Of a stretch of DNA of 64,000 bases, positions 1 to 13,291 are shown piece by piece. Made by a program: the position numbers and the translations under genes. The number at the start of each line of letters is the position of its first letter. Position 1 is the stretch's first letter. The notes beneath the pieces are model-generated. The model made no database searches and was not told the origin of the DNA. It saw only the letters and a program-made list of their open reading frames with translations. Source of the stretch: Macrostomum hystrix (taxonomy: Eukaryota > Animalia > Platyhelminthes); contig CATNEN010000037.1 of the NCBI GenBank assembly GCA_950097015.1, positions 806,001 through 870,000 on the forward strand. Direction: 5' to 3'.

Positions 1-12
1 CCAAATACTTAC

Positions 13-293
13 TGACAAGTGAACACAGGCTCATTGTTCTTTAAAATGTATCCACAAATTCCAGGATTTTTATCTTGAGATAGCTTCTCAAATTCATCCT
101 TTGGTTTATTACTGTCAGCAATGAACTTCTCCAGTGGGTCAAGAATTTTATTGCGTGCAGACACATCTAAGAATAATAGATCAGCTTTGATCTTCGGTGC
201 AAATATTTTTGGTACTGATGAAAAAAATAGCTCTTTCAACCCATTGGCCAGGTGGCCAGCACGGTAGTCAGAGAGCAGATCTCTCTCTTGAGC
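13..293 (-). CDS. UBR1: Internal exon of an N-recognin E3 ubiquitin ligase (start of UBR box); gene continues beyond window start
   Basis: Translates AQERDLL...LEKFIADSNKPKDEFEKLSQDKNPGICGYILKNNEPVFTCQ, matching the UBR1/2 pattern LE..L...P...EKL......CG.VFK.GE..Y.C. Acceptor tttgcag at 294-300 and donor GTAAGT at 12-7 on the minus strand. UBR1 vs UBR2 cannot be resolved. Confidence 0.8.
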
Positions 294-1156
294 CTGCAAA
301 ATTAGAAGAAAAATATAAAAAACAGGAATGCCCATAATTTGTCTAGCTATGATTTTTAATTTAGATCAATATATATAATACTATTACATGATAGAAGCTA
401 TTACTGATGGGCAAGAACCAGACTTAGATATTGTAAATGCAAAATTTGTATCATACCAACAAAAGAGCACCCAATTGCTTTCTCTACAACTACATTTAGG
501 CGCCTACCTTCAATCAAAGTGCAGGATAATAGAAAATCTATCTTATACTGATGTAGATAGCATGCAAAAATAGAGATAATATAAACCCAAAGGGGTAAAA
601 TATTAATGATACATTAGAAAAGTCGTTCACAACATTGATATTTTTAAATTGAATTTTCTAGCATTAAATCTATGTCAAATGTTAATAGCATTAGGATTTT
701 CAATTTTTAAATAGCATGCCAACTTAGGAAACATGAAATTTTGAATTTAAGAATTCTTGTATATCTGTTCATCAAAATATGCATTAGCAATAATAAATTT
801 AGGTTGATTTAGTTACGGTATCGATTGTGATCCATATAAATCTAGATCTAGCTAGGCCTATCTATTCTTTAGCTAGATAAGACTAGAGAGTTTAGACTTG
901 AGGAAATTTTTAAGTTAGATTTACAAGCCTAAAGAAGGGATTATTTAAATTTGCATAGCTTTTCTTATGGCTTTTCTTTTGTAAGGCCTTACTGAACTAA
1001 AGTTTAAGAATTGTAGAAAAAATGTATATCAACCGACGTCAAACAAAAGTTGTATTGTTTGATCCGCTTTTGATACAGACAAAAAATAATAGGCATGTTT
1101 AACTGTATCAAATATACTTAGAATATACTGATTTTAAATATCCGTTTGGTATGTAC

Positions 1157-1198
1157 GTCAATGGCTTTCACATTTCCAGTTTCAGAATCGCCGTTCAT
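1157..1198 (-). CDS. Candidate first coding exon of the UBR gene (MNGDSETGNVKAID)
   Basis: ATG at 1198, 14 codons, phase-0 donor GTACAT compatible with the phase-0 acceptor at 293. The donor is weak and there is no homology support. Confidence 0.3.
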
Positions 1199-2587
1199 GA
1201 GCTATTTTTGTATCTGCGGTTGCTCTGGATCAGTTTAATCACTCGGATTTAATTTAATAAACGCCTAATGTGAAACTTTGAAACTACTACTGTAGCCTAC
1301 GTTTATTCGACGAATAGCTAGAAGAAAAAGAGCAAAAATTAAGTAAAATGTAGACACTTTAAGTATTTTATTGCAACAAGATAAAAACGAAGAAAAATCT
1401 GCTTTGAACTAAATGGAGCAGTTCCATATTTTTGCTATAACAACCTTGAGTGTTCGGTAACTGTAAATTTCCCGCTTTTAAATTATGAATTCTATGAATA
1501 CTCAGGAGGCAGTTTGTCAACCGGTAAGCCAATTTGACTGCCAGCTTGTGTATTGAATAAAATATATAGAAATAACTATATTTTGCTTTCTTGTTGCGAA
1601 AGTGAGACTTTTCAGCTTACTTTCTTGGAATTTAATTACTGGTGCTTCTATCAATTTGGCTCTGCCTTTTGTGCGAGTACCACTACAGAATTTTCGGCAC
1701 TTTTGTGCTGTGCTTGCCGGTAGATATAGTCTGTATAGTTTACAAGTAAATATGTTTTCTATTACATACAGAAATGTTCGTTTCTTCAACACACTGGCAA
1801 GAAAATAGTAATATATAATATGTTTACTTCCAAAGAATTAGATACTGCTTCAGTATTACATTACAGAATATGCATGCTTAGTACGCTTTTTTAGTTTTTG
1901 TGTACCATAGACAGTTTATCTATATTACCTTATAATCTTAAAAGGAAGAATTCACCGCTTCCTATTCAAATTTCAGTGAAATATTTCTCTGCAAAACCCT
2001 CACCTTAAACCAGTAATTATGAAGCGAGCCTACTTTTATCATGTTGATAAAATCTAAAGAAATTAGCTTAAGTTATTGATGATTAACATTTCTGGAATGA
2101 CTATGTGCATAGATGCTGTTTTTGAGCTTTTAGTTTTTTACTGAACTTAAAATATCATAAAGGAAGATGTATGAATACTGTTAATCATTAATCATGTTGA
2201 AGTAAATCTTTATGTTTCATTTAAATGAGGCGAAGAAAAAAAAGCGAATTAATCCAGCAATGCAAACTTAGCAATCCCGTGTTTTCTATGCAAAAGGCAA
2301 TACTATTACACATAGCTGTGACTAGCTGAAAAAAATTGCTATTTTCTTTTGTCCCACAAAGTCACTAACTTAGATTTTTTCTATATGTAATGTAGCTTCC
2401 TAAGTTTGTCTAAATTAGTTATATTCCATTTAATATGACATAAAAAATTATTCAAGAAACTTTGATTTTTTAGGTGAAGAACATATGAAGAGTATAATGA
2501 AACCTTAAGGCTATATAATCTGGTCAGAGGGTAAAGTTTTCTAAATCGATACATCCAGATTTCCAGTTTGAACAAACAAAGCATATC

Positions 2588-3334
2588 ATGTCGGCAGAGG
2601 ATCCTACAAGCACTGCGAGCGTCACTGAGCCAACAGACAGCTACGAGTCCGTGCTGTGTGTGAAGCCAGACATCAAAGTGTACCGCCTGCCGCCCCGCCA
2701 ATCCAACCGAGCTGTTCGAGCCGCCGACTGGCAGCTGGAGGCGCCCGATTGGTCCGGCCGGCTTCGCGTTGTTGCTAATGGCAACCAACTGTGGGTTAGG
2801 CTGGAGGACAAGGCCAGCGGAGTTCTATTCGCCCGAGCTCCAGTTGACGCGCATCCCGGCGTGGCCATCGAGCCAGTCGCCGACTCCAGCCGCTATTTCG
2901 TCCTTCGGATCCGCGACGACGCCGGGCGGAGCGCCTTCGTTGGCATCGGCTTCGACGATCGAAGCGATGCGTTCGATTTTAACTTGGCCGTTCAGGACCA
3001 TTTCAAATGGCTGCGCCAGCAGGAGGAGGCCCGACAGGCAGCCAAGGAGCTGGAGGCCGGGCCGAAGCTGGACCTGGGCTTCAAGGAGGGCCAGACCATC
3101 AAGATTAACATTAATACGAAGCGAACAGCGGACGCTGGATGCTCCGGGGACGGCGGCAACTCGTCGTCCAGGTCGCCGAGGCCGGCGCGGCACGGGGCGC
3201 CATCGGCTGGCGCCGGCGGCGGAGGCGTCGTCCTGCTGCCGCCGCCGCCCAGCAGCGGCCGGACTAGCCATTCCAGGAGCGGCGGAGGTGAATCCTGCAA
3301 TAGCGGCTCAGATCTGCTTGGCAGTTTGGGCTGA
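2588..3334 (+). CDS. NECAP: Adaptin ear-binding coat-associated protein (NECAP), single exon, 248 aa
   Basis: PHear domain motifs [43 protein letters not shown] and [14 protein letters not shown], then [15 protein letters not shown] and a Gly/Pro-rich tail. Confidence 0.93.
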   Translation: MSAEDPTSTASVTEPTDSYESVLCVKPDIKVYRLPPRQSNRAVRAADWQLEAPDWSGRLRVVANGNQLWVRLEDKASGVLFARAPVDAHPGVAIEPVADSSRYFVLRIRDDAGRSAFVGIGFDDRSDAFDFNLAVQDHFKWLRQQEEARQAAKELEAGPKLDLGFKEGQTIKININTKRTADAGCSGDGGNSSSRSPRPARHGAPSAGAGGGGVVLLPPPPSSGRTSHSRSGGGESCNSGSDLLGSLG

Positions 3335-4047
3335 GCTATATTAGCAAAATCAAAATGGAGACCTTCTGTTGGACTTTGGCTAGTCTCTATCTATCGTGAT
3401 CAGTATCCGTTTTTCGTAACCCGATAAAAACTTTATCATGAAAATACTGCGCTATAGAGTCGTTTTAACGCCTCGTTTATGACTCTAACAATTGTCGAAC
3501 GACTCTAAATATTCTCTAAACGAGTCTCAAACGACCCAAACGATTCTCTAACGATTCAAACGCTCATTAAATTTTTTTTTATTATTTAGGCGTAAAAATA
3601 TACTTAATATGCATCACGCTACTTTTAGTAGTTTAGAAGTGAACTCAAACGGTGGTCAACTATTTTTCTGTTGTCTAGTTTAGTTTAGATTTTGGTTCAA
3701 ATATAGTTTTTGTTAGCCTAGCCTGTTTGATTTAATTTACAAGAATATGCATATTACGATAAATATCTTATACTTTGTCAGCCGTTCCAAACCTCCAATT
3801 TAGACTGCTTTTGTACACATATATACCCACTGTTCTAGTCAGTCTTATTGACCTGTGAAACTTTCATGTTTACGAGTATTATCGATTGCACGGCATAATA
3901 TATACACAGACACAATTAATGTGCATTTTTTTAATTCACACAGCTTGGTGTTGTTCAATTTTAATTTATCTGATAACTAAGGAAGTATGAGACATTGATA
4001 TTTTCTTATAGTCTTGGTTATTTTAATCTCAAATCTCAAATCTCAAA

Positions 4048-4846
4048 TCAGTGACCTCAAATCAGTGACCTCAAATCAGTGACCTCACTGTGACCTCGCC
4101 TCAGTGACCTCACCTCAGTGGCCTCACATCCGTGACCTCACCTCAGTGACCTCGCCTCAGTGACCTCGCCTCAGTGACCTCAAATCAGTGACCTCACCTC
4201 AGTGACCTCACATCAGTGACCTCGCCTCAGTGACCTCGCCTCAGTGACCTCGCCTCAGTGACCTCGCCTCAGTGACCTCACCTCAGTGACCTCACATCAG
4301 TGACCTCACATCCGTGACCTCACCTCAGTGACCTCACATCAGTGACCTCGCATCAGTGATCTCGCCTCAGTGACCTCAAATCAGTGACCTCACCTCAGTG
4401 ACCTCACATCAGTGACCTCGCCTCAGTGACCTCAAATCAGTGACCTCACCTCAGTGACCTCAAATCAGTGACCTCACCTCAGTGACCTCACATCAGTGAC
4501 CTCGCCTCAGTGACCTCGCCTCAGTGACCTCAAATCAGTGACCTCGCCTCACTGACCTCGCCTCAGTGACCTCACCTCAGTGGCCTCATATCCGTGACCT
4601 CACCTCAGTGACCTCACATCAGTGACCTCGCCTCAGTGACCTCGCCTCAGTGACCTCGCCTCAGTGACCTCACCTCAGTGACCTTAAATCAGCGACCTCA
4701 CTGTGACCTCACCTCAGTGACCTCGCCTCAGTGACCTCGCCTCAGTGACCTCACCTTAGTGACCTCAAATCAGTGACCTCACCTCAGTGACCTTAAATCA
4801 GCGACCTCACTGTGACCTCACCTCAGTGACCTCACCTCAGTGGCCT
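4048..4846. repeat. 14-bp minisatellite (TCAGTGACCTCRCC)n
   Basis: Directly visible tandem array with AAA/ACA/ACC/GCC variants. Confidence 0.95.
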
Positions 4847-5289
4847 GAGATAACCTAGTCTGAATAACACATCAGTGACTGACAACTTCTAGAGGTAGCA
4901 ATTCTCATAAAACTGAATTAATCAGTGCTGTAGCACTGAGAGGTCTCATATTACCAGCCAATCAAAGTCAGCTAGCGATCTTGAGTCAGTTGCGGTAAGC
5001 TCGGAGCGTCAATCTTCATTTCCTTCTCATCTGCTGCTAATTTTATGCGTAAAAATTGATTTTTTCTTTGACTAAAAAATGCAAATTTTATTGTAGGTAA
5101 CTTTATCCCATTTTCTGTATTTGATATGCAGATCCAACAATGCATATGCAATGCATGATTGTATATATACAAGTTAGTTCGGTTTTATATCTTTCTGCTT
5201 GGACTGGCTTATGCAGAATCGCGTTGTAAAATCACGATTATTTAGTCATAGCCTGGTGACAACTTCCAACAGAAGTGGAAGCTCAGGAC

Positions 5290-6385
5290 TACAGCAAGAG
5301 TTTAGCAGAAACCATAGCTGAAATCGTAGCAGGAATCGCAGCTACAATGGTAACAGGAATCGCAACTAGAATAGTAGCTGAAATCGTAGCAGGAATCGCA
5401 GCTACAATGGTAACAGGAATCGCAACTAGAATAGTAGCTGGAATCGTAGCAGGAATCGCAGCTACAATGGTAACAGGAATCGCAACTAGAATAGTAGCTG
5501 GAATCGTAGCAGGAACTACAGATAGAATTGTAGCAGGAACCATAGCTGGAAATATAGCAAGAATCAAAGCTAGAATCGCAGCAGGAGTTGCTGCAAGAAT
5601 CGCAGCAGGAATCGATGCTAGAATCGCAGCAGAAATCGATGCTAGAATCGCAGCAGGAATCGATGCTAGAATCGCAGCAGGAATCGATGCTAGAATTGCA
5701 GCAAGAATCGATGCTAGAATCGCAGCAGGAATCGATGCTAGAATCGCAGCAGAAATCGATGCTAGAATCGCAGCAGGAATCGATGCTAGAATTGCAGCAA
5801 GAATCGATGCTAGAATCGCAGCAGGAATCGATGCTAGAATTGCAGCAAGAATCGATGCTAGAATTGCAGCAAGAATCGATGCTAGAATCGCAGCAGGAAT
5901 CGATGCTAGAATTGCAGCAAGAATCGATGCTAGAATCGCAGCAGGAATCGATGCTAGAATCGCAGCAGGAATCGATGCTAGAATCGCAGCAGGAATCGAT
6001 GCTAGAATCGAAGCAGGAATCGATGCTAGAATCGCAGCAGGAGTCGATGCTAGAACTGGAGCAGGAATCGATGCTAGAATCGCAGCAGGAATCGATGCTA
6101 GAATCGAAGCAGGAATCGATGCTAGAATCGCAGCAGGAGTCGATGCTAGAACTGGAGCAGGAATCGATGCTAGAATCGCAGCAGGAATCGATGCTAGAAT
6201 CGCAGCAGGAATCGATGCTAGAATCGCAGCAGGAATCGATGCTAGAATCGCAGCAGGAATCGATGCTAGAATCGCAGCAGGAATCGATGCTAGAATCGCA
6301 GCAGGAATCGATGCTAGAATCGCAGCAGGAGTCGATGCTAGAACTGGAGCAGGAATCGATGCTAGAATCGCAGCGATGGTCGCTG
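5290..6385. repeat. CpG-rich 24-bp satellite (GCTAGAATCGCAGCAGGAATCGAT)n with a 60-bp higher-order 5' part
   Basis: Tandem array; same family as 8600-9912 and 20700-21066. It explains the long repetitive ORFs here. Confidence 0.95.
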
Positions 6386-6693
6386 CTAGAGTGGAGTCGG
6401 AATCGTACCAAAATATTAGCCATTTTCATCATGGTTAAGCAAAGCAGAAAGTAAAATTCACACCCCACACAATGAATCTATACTCCATTATCTGTCATTC
6501 AATTTACTAATTCAATAATCCGCATTTTCTAGTTATGCAAAGCATAGGCTGGCTATGGGAGTCCGTTACGCCTTATTTGAGTCTCCCATTCCACCCCCAT
6601 ATCAATGAGGCCGGCTCTACACTGCCATTAATCGATTTTCCTTCGAATTGGGGCGGGGGAACACCAAACGGAAACATTGCGACGGCAACTGTG

Positions 6694-6780
6694 CTTATGA
6701 GGTAGTTGATTTTCTCTGAGTTTGAGCTGAGCGCGACCGCCCTTACTGTGAACCAGAAATAAACAAACTATGCTCATCAG
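6694..6780 (+). ncRNA. let-7: Candidate let-7-family pre-miRNA hairpin
   Basis: 6698-6719 UGAGGUAGUUGAUUUUCUCUGA matches let-7 at nt 1-9 and 14/22 overall. It pairs (about 19 of 22 nt by hand) with 6753-6776 (ccagaaataaacaaactatgctca) around a loop of about 33 nt. Confidence 0.6.
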
Positions 6781-6874
6781 AACCGCAAGCGTCTGCATGC
6801 ATCATCACTGATGCAGCTGCCACTACTGTGTAGTGTCCCCGCTTCGTCCTACGTCTTCTAATTTTCTCAGGTCA

Positions 6875-7885
6875 AATCCCATTTCAAGTCTGTTCCCATC
6901 TTTATCAGATCAAATCCCAATCTAACTCTTCCCATCTTTCCAAGGTCAAATCCCATTCTAATTCTTTCGATCTTACTAGGTCAAATCCCATTCCAACTCT
7001 TCTCATCTTCCCAAGCCAAATCCCATTCTAACTCTTCCCATCTTTCCAAGGTCAAATCCCATTCTAACTCTTCCCATCTTTCCAAGGTCAAATCCCATTC
7101 TAACTCTTCCCATCTTTCCAAGCCAAATCCCATTCTAACTCTTCCCATCTTTCCAAGCCAAATCCCATTCTAACTCTTCCCATCTTTCCAAGCCAAATCC
7201 CATTCTAACTCTTCCCATCTTTCCAAGCCAAATCCCATTCCAACTCTTCTCATCTTTCCAAGCCAAATCCCATTCTAACTCTTCCCATCTTTCCAAGCCA
7301 AATCCCATTCTAACTCTTCTCATCTTTCCAAGCCAAATCCCATTCTAACTCTTCTCATCTTTCCAAGCCAAATCCCATTCTAACTCTTCCCATCTTCCCA
7401 AGCCAAATCCCATTCCAACTCTTCCCATCTTTTTAAGGCCAAATCCCATTCTAATTCTTTCCATTTTCTCGAGGTCAAATCCCATTCTAACTCTTCCCAT
7501 TTTTCCAAGGTCAAATCCCATTCCAACTCTTCCCATCTTCCCAAGCCAAATCCCATTCCAACTCTTCCCATTTTTCCAAGGTCAAATCCCATTCCAACTC
7601 TTCCCATCTTTTTAAGGCCAAATCCCATTCTAATTCTTTCCATTTTCTCGAGGTCAAATCCCATTCTAACTCTTCCCATTTTTCCAAGGTCAAATCCCAT
7701 TCCAACTCTTCCCATCTTCCCAAGCCAAATCCCATTCCAACTCTTCCCATTTTTCCAAGGTCAAATCCCATTCCAACTCTTCCCATTTTTCCAAGGTCAA
7801 ATCCCATTCCAACTCTTCCCATTTTTCCAAGGTCAAATCCCATTCCAACTCTTCCCATTTTCTCGATGTCAAATCCCATTCCAAG
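6875..7885. repeat. 35/36-bp minisatellite (CAAATCCCATTCTAACTCTTCCCATCTTTCCAAG[C/GT])n
   Basis: Directly visible tandem array. Confidence 0.95.
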
Positions 7886-8599
7886 TCTAACCATTTTCGT
7901 GGTTAAATCCCGTTCTACTCATTTATTTTTCCTGCCTCATCTGCCCAACAGTTTGCATCCCCTATTTCAAGTGGGATTGAAACGGTTTTATCGCCAGTCT
8001 CTGCCCTGTCTTACACCACTGACTAAATGCTTTACTCCAAAAGCGTTAAGCTGTCTCTCAGATCCTCAAGCACTTGGGCCTCCACTCATCCAACTTTTTT
8101 CTTTCAGTCATATAAAGCCAGTCAGGCAATCACACTGTGAAGGCCGAGTGTTGCAGCCTTAATTTCTAGCAATCTAATCAGCAAACACTACGCGAAGGCC
8201 GGCCCCAACAAAGCAGTTTGATTGCATCATAGTCTCCGCGGCGCAATTTCCTACCCTCCTACACCAGAAACCTCTGCGCTGAGGTGAATAAAAATGCAAT
8301 TCCAACCCACCAACTGACTATATATTTGCCGCACGCTAAAAGTGTCCTGACACACTCAATGCCTCAACCAACCAACCCTTGTGCTCCATTCAATTCTTCC
8401 ACTTGTTCTGTAATATTGCAATGAGTCTGGCGGTGTCCCCAGAGGCCCTCCCGTCTTGCCCTCCCGCCCCGCAGACAAATTTCTGCTCAGCTCATCTTTC
8501 CGTTACCAAGCAGACGAATATTATTTTTAGTCAATCTTACCCAAGCCAAATCTTGTAGCCAGAGTCGCAGTAAGAATTTAACCTAATTTTAGAAGCCAT

Positions 8600-9912
8600 T
8601 GTACTAGCATGAATCGAATCTAGAGTTTTAGCCTAGCTAGAAGCTAGAAGCTAGGAGTCGGAGCTAGAATCGTAGCTAGAATCGCAGCAGGAGTCGGAGC
8701 TAGAATCGTAGCTAGAATCGCAGCAGGAGTCGGAGCTAGAATCGTAGCTAGAATCGCAGCAGGAGTCGGAGCTAGAATCGTAGCTAGAATCGCAGCAGGA
8801 TTCGATGCTAGAATCGCAGCAGAAGTCGATGCTAGAATCGCAGCAGGAATCGAAGCTGGAATCGTAGCTAGAACCGCAGCGGTGGTCGCAGCAGAAATCG
8901 ATGCTAGAATCGCAGCAGGAGTCGTTGCTAGAATTGCAGCAGGAATCGAAAATGGAATCATAGGTAGACTCGATGCTCGAACCGCAGCAGGAGTCGATGC
9001 AAGAATCGCAGCAGGAATCGATGCTAGAATCGCAGCAGGAATCGAAGCTGGAATCGTAGCTAGAATCGCAGCAGGAGTCGATGCTAGAATCGCAGCAGGA
9101 ATCGAAACTGGAATCGTAGCTAGAACCGCAGCGGTGGTCGCTGCTAGAGTCGCAGCAGGAGTCGTTGCTAGAATTGCAGCAGGAATCGAAAATGGAATCG
9201 TAGGTTGACTCGATGATAGAATCGCAGCATCAATCGATGCTAGAAATGCAGCAGGAATCGATGCTAGAAATGCAGCAGGAATCTATGCTAGAATCGCAGC
9301 AGGAATCTATGCTAGAAATGCAACAGGAATCGATGCTAGAGTCGCAGCAGGAGTCGTTGCTAGAATCGCAGCAGGAGTCGATGCTAGAATCGCAACAGGA
9401 ATCGATGCTAGAGTCGCAGCAGGAGTCGATGCTAGAATCGCAGCAGGAGTCGATGCTAGAGTCGCAGCAGGAGTCGATGCTAGAATCGCAACAGGAATCG
9501 ATGCTAGAGTCGCAGCAGGAGTCGATGCTAGAATCGCAGCAGGAGTCGATGCTAGAGTCGCAGCAGGAGTCGATGCTAGAGTCGCAGCAGGAGTCGATGC
9601 TAGAATCGCAGCAGGAGTCGATGCTAGAATCGCAGCAGGAATCGATGCTAGAATCGCGGCAGGAATCGAAGCTGGAATCGTAGCTAGAATCGCAGCTGGA
9701 GTCGTTGCTAGAATTGCAGCAGGAGTCGAAAATGGAATCGTAGGTTGACTCGATGATAGAATCGCAGCATCAATCGATGCTAGAAATGCAGCAGGAATCG
9801 ATGCTAGAATCGCAGCAGGAATCGATGCTAGAATCGCAGCAGGAATCGATGCTAGAAATGCAGCAAGAATCGATGCTAGAATCGCAGCAGGAATCGAAGC
9901 TGGAATCGCAGC
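8600..9912. repeat. CpG-rich 24/36-bp satellite (AGAATCGCAGCAGGAATCG family)
   Basis: Same core as 5290-6385, with higher-order duplications. Confidence 0.95.
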
Positions 9913-10260
9913 AGAGTCCTGTCGAGTAGAGCCCTTGTAACACAGAATTATGAAAAAAGATTGACCTTACTAGATGGTACGGAGGCTATTCTTCCTTTGA
10001 ATATTTGAGCAGTTGTTTGAAAAGAAAGCAGATGAACTCAAGAAGTGAGCTCTTCCTGCAGAAATGCCGCATGCGCTGCTATGTCCCACTGACCACTGAG
10101 TCTAGTCTTCCGGTTCTGTGAGAGCACTTTAGCTAGCCAAAGTGACTCTTGTGCTTTCAGCACTGCAATCTTCAGCATGCAAACAATGCATTTGATCCTC
10201 AAGAGGCTCTTTGACAAGGAACTGAAAGAAAACCTAACATGTCACCACCAACTTTCATCT

Positions 10261-10469
<209 letters not shown>

Positions 10470-10760
10470 GCAACAATAAACAAACACAGCAATACATATT
10501 GTGTGCAGGTGTTTATTTCATGGGCTAAATACATCCCGAAAAAAGCAAAAGTTAGACAATCGCGCTTTTTACCAAAACAAAAGAGTTTACTGCTCACAAG
10601 CTACTGATGTAAAAAGTAAGTGACAAGAGCTCTTAAACATCGGACTAATATACAACCACCCTCCCGCTAACAGTAACTGTAAACTGTCTGTAGCTTGTAG
10701 ATTGCCACTGCTTTCGAAAGAAAGTGACTGGGGCCAATAAAAAAGAGCAACAATCTCCGG

Positions 10761-11221
10761 TCAGATGATTTCAGTCTGTTCCCAGTCCTCGGCAGTCACA
10801 ATTGGCAACTGTTGAAGCTGCTGCAGCCTCAACGATCTTGGTTGACGCCATCGGATCAGCACCCGGGGCGCCAGACCGACGAGGAAGCGTCGAAAGTTCG
10901 AATTGGCGAGGCACAGAGCGCAGAAGTTCACAATGGCAGCACTCAATGGTACCAGCGCATACTCGGTTGCATACTGGGCCACAGTCAGGCGACCAATGCG
11001 AGCCCAGTGGGCCCGGAATGCCGGGTCGGCCTCGTCGTACAGACCGTTGGTCAGGCGAACAGTGAGCCTGTCAGCGTGGGCTGTCATGAACAGGGTGTAA
11101 ACCACAGGCGCTGGCCCAGTCAGTGTCAGGTAAGCGCACGCTAGGCCCAGCTGCCCAATGGCACTGTTCAATTGCTGATTAGATGGCTGATCTAGGTATG
11201 ATGAATCGGCATATTGATTTA

Positions 11222-11271
<50 letters not shown>

Positions 11272-11975
11272 CGCAGGCTCTGGTAGGCGCCTTTCTTGAA
11301 CAACAGCCAGCAGGTGGCTAGGCTAAGCAGGCACACCAGACTGTAGGGCAGAAGGCTGCGGACTAGAGCATTCAACAGCGGCTTCACTCTGGTAACGTAG
11401 GCAAGATTTGACTGGAAGTTCTGCAGCCGTACGTAGTGCACACACTGCCTGCCCAGGGTGGACTTGGCAGGCGCCGCAGCCTCATCACCAATGATCAGCA
11501 TGCAGTTGAAGATGCAGGCGAAGCAGAAAGCGCACAGGGCCATGATTGACAGCTTGCGACGCGGCAGCTCCTTGTTGGACGGCGGCTGAAGGTCGCCTTC
11601 TGGCGGCTGGTGCCGACGGAACAGCGAGTACACGGCCAGGAAGCGCTCAACGCTGAGAATGACAACAATGAATGCCGACGTCTCAACGGTGAGGTTGAGC
11701 AGGTAAGCTTGAAATTTGCACCACAGATCCGTGGCTGAGTTCGGCTTCAAGTCCTGGTCGTGTTCCATGTAGCGATCAGTGAACAGCACCAGACAGGACG
11801 TCAGGAGGATGAGGCTGTCAAAGCAGGCCAGAAGGGCTATGAGCAGATTGCGGCTGAGCTGCCGGGCGACGGGACTCAGAACGAAATAAGCGATGATGAG
11901 GCTGTTCAGTACCAAGCCGACTGTAGCGATGATTGGCAAGACGACCTGGACGGGAGAGGAGGGCAGATGTAGCAT
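10761..11975 (-). CDS. Orphan class A (rhodopsin-like, peptide-receptor-like) GPCR, 404 aa, polyQ in ICL3
   Basis: Seven hydrophobic segments: TM1 GLVLN, TM2 LACFD, TM3 WCKF...SVERFLAV, TM5 LLPY, TM6 LTGP, TM7 IVNF followed by NFRR. (CAG)n at 11222-11270. The N-terminus is only about 8 aa, so the true start may lie upstream. Confidence 0.88.
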
Positions 11976-13288
11976 TCGCCCCCTGACAGTCTAGGTAAAC
12001 TGCGAATCCGCCCCCTGACAGTCTAGGTAAACTGCGAATCCGCCCCCTGACAGTCTAGGTAAATTGCGAATCCGCCCCCCAAATAGTCTAGGTAAACTGC
12101 GAATACGCCCCCTGACAGTCTAGGTAAACTGCGAATCCGCTCCCTGACAATCTAGGTAAACTGCGAATCCGCCACCTGACAGTCTAGGTAAACTGCGAAT
12201 CCACCCCCTGACAGTCTAGGTAAACTGCGAATCCGCCCCTGACAGTCTAGGCAAACTGCGAATCCGCCACCTGACAGTCTAGGTAAACTGCGAATCCGCC
12301 CCCCAAATAGTCTAGGTAAACTGCGAATCCGCCCCCTGACAATCTAGGTAAACTGCGAATCCGCCCCCTGACAATCTAGGTAAACTGCGAATCCGCCCCC
12401 TGACAATCTAGGTAAACTGCGAATCCGCCCCCTGACAATCTAGGTAAACTGCGAATCCGCCACCTGACAGTCTAGGTAAACTGCGAATCCGCCACCTGAC
12501 AGTCTAGGTAAACTGCGAATCCGCCCCCTGACAATCTAGGTAAACTGCGAATCCGCCCCCTGACAATCTAGGTAAACTGCGAATCCGCCCCCTGACAATC
12601 TAGGTAAACTGCGAATCCACCCCCTGACAATCTAGGTAAACTGCGAATCCACCCCCTGACAGTCTAGGTAAACTGCGAATCCGCCCCCTGACAATCTAGG
12701 TAAACTGCGAATCCGGCCCCTGACAATCTAGGTAAACTGCGAATCCGCCACCTGACAGTCTAGGTAAACTGCGAATCCGCCCACTGACGGTCTAGGTAAA
12801 CTGCGAATCCGCCACCTGACAATCTAGGTAAACTGCGAATCCGCCACCTGACAGTCTAGGTAAACTGCGAATCCACCCCCTGACAGTCTAGGTAAACTGC
12901 GAATCCGCCACCTGACAGTCTAGGTAAACTGCGAATCCGCCCCCCAAATAGTCTAGGTAAACTGCGAATACGCCCCCTGACAGTCTAGGTAAACTGCGAA
13001 TCCGCCACCTGACAGTCTAGGTAAACTGCGAATCCGCCACCTGACAGTCTAGGTAAACTGCGAATCCGCCCCCTGACAATCTAGGTAAACTGCGAATCCG
13101 CCCCCTGACAATCTAGGTAAACTGCGAATCCGCCCCCCAAATAGTCTAGGTAAACTGCGAATCCGCCCCCTGACAATCTAGGTAAACTGCGAATCCGCCC
13201 CCTGACAATCTAGGTAAACTGCGAATCCGGCCCCTGACAATCTAGGTAAACTGCGAATCCGCCCCCTGACAATCTAGGCAAACTGCGA
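11976..13288. repeat. 32-bp minisatellite (TCCGCCCCCTGACAGTCTAGGTAAACTGCGAA)n, about 41 copies
   Basis: Head-to-tail units without spacers; fills the whole gap between two co-oriented ORFs. Confidence 0.97.
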
Positions 13289-13291
13289 TGA

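Noticed and set aside
5275-6468. 387/388/288-aa ORFs (ARIAAGID, CCDSSIDS, QQESMLES repeats)
   Set aside because: All are translations of a stop-poor 24-bp satellite on both strands that recurs at other loci; no splice or start support.
11976-13288. CRISPR-like regular 32-bp repeats
   Set aside because: No unique spacers; head-to-tail minisatellite in a eukaryotic context.
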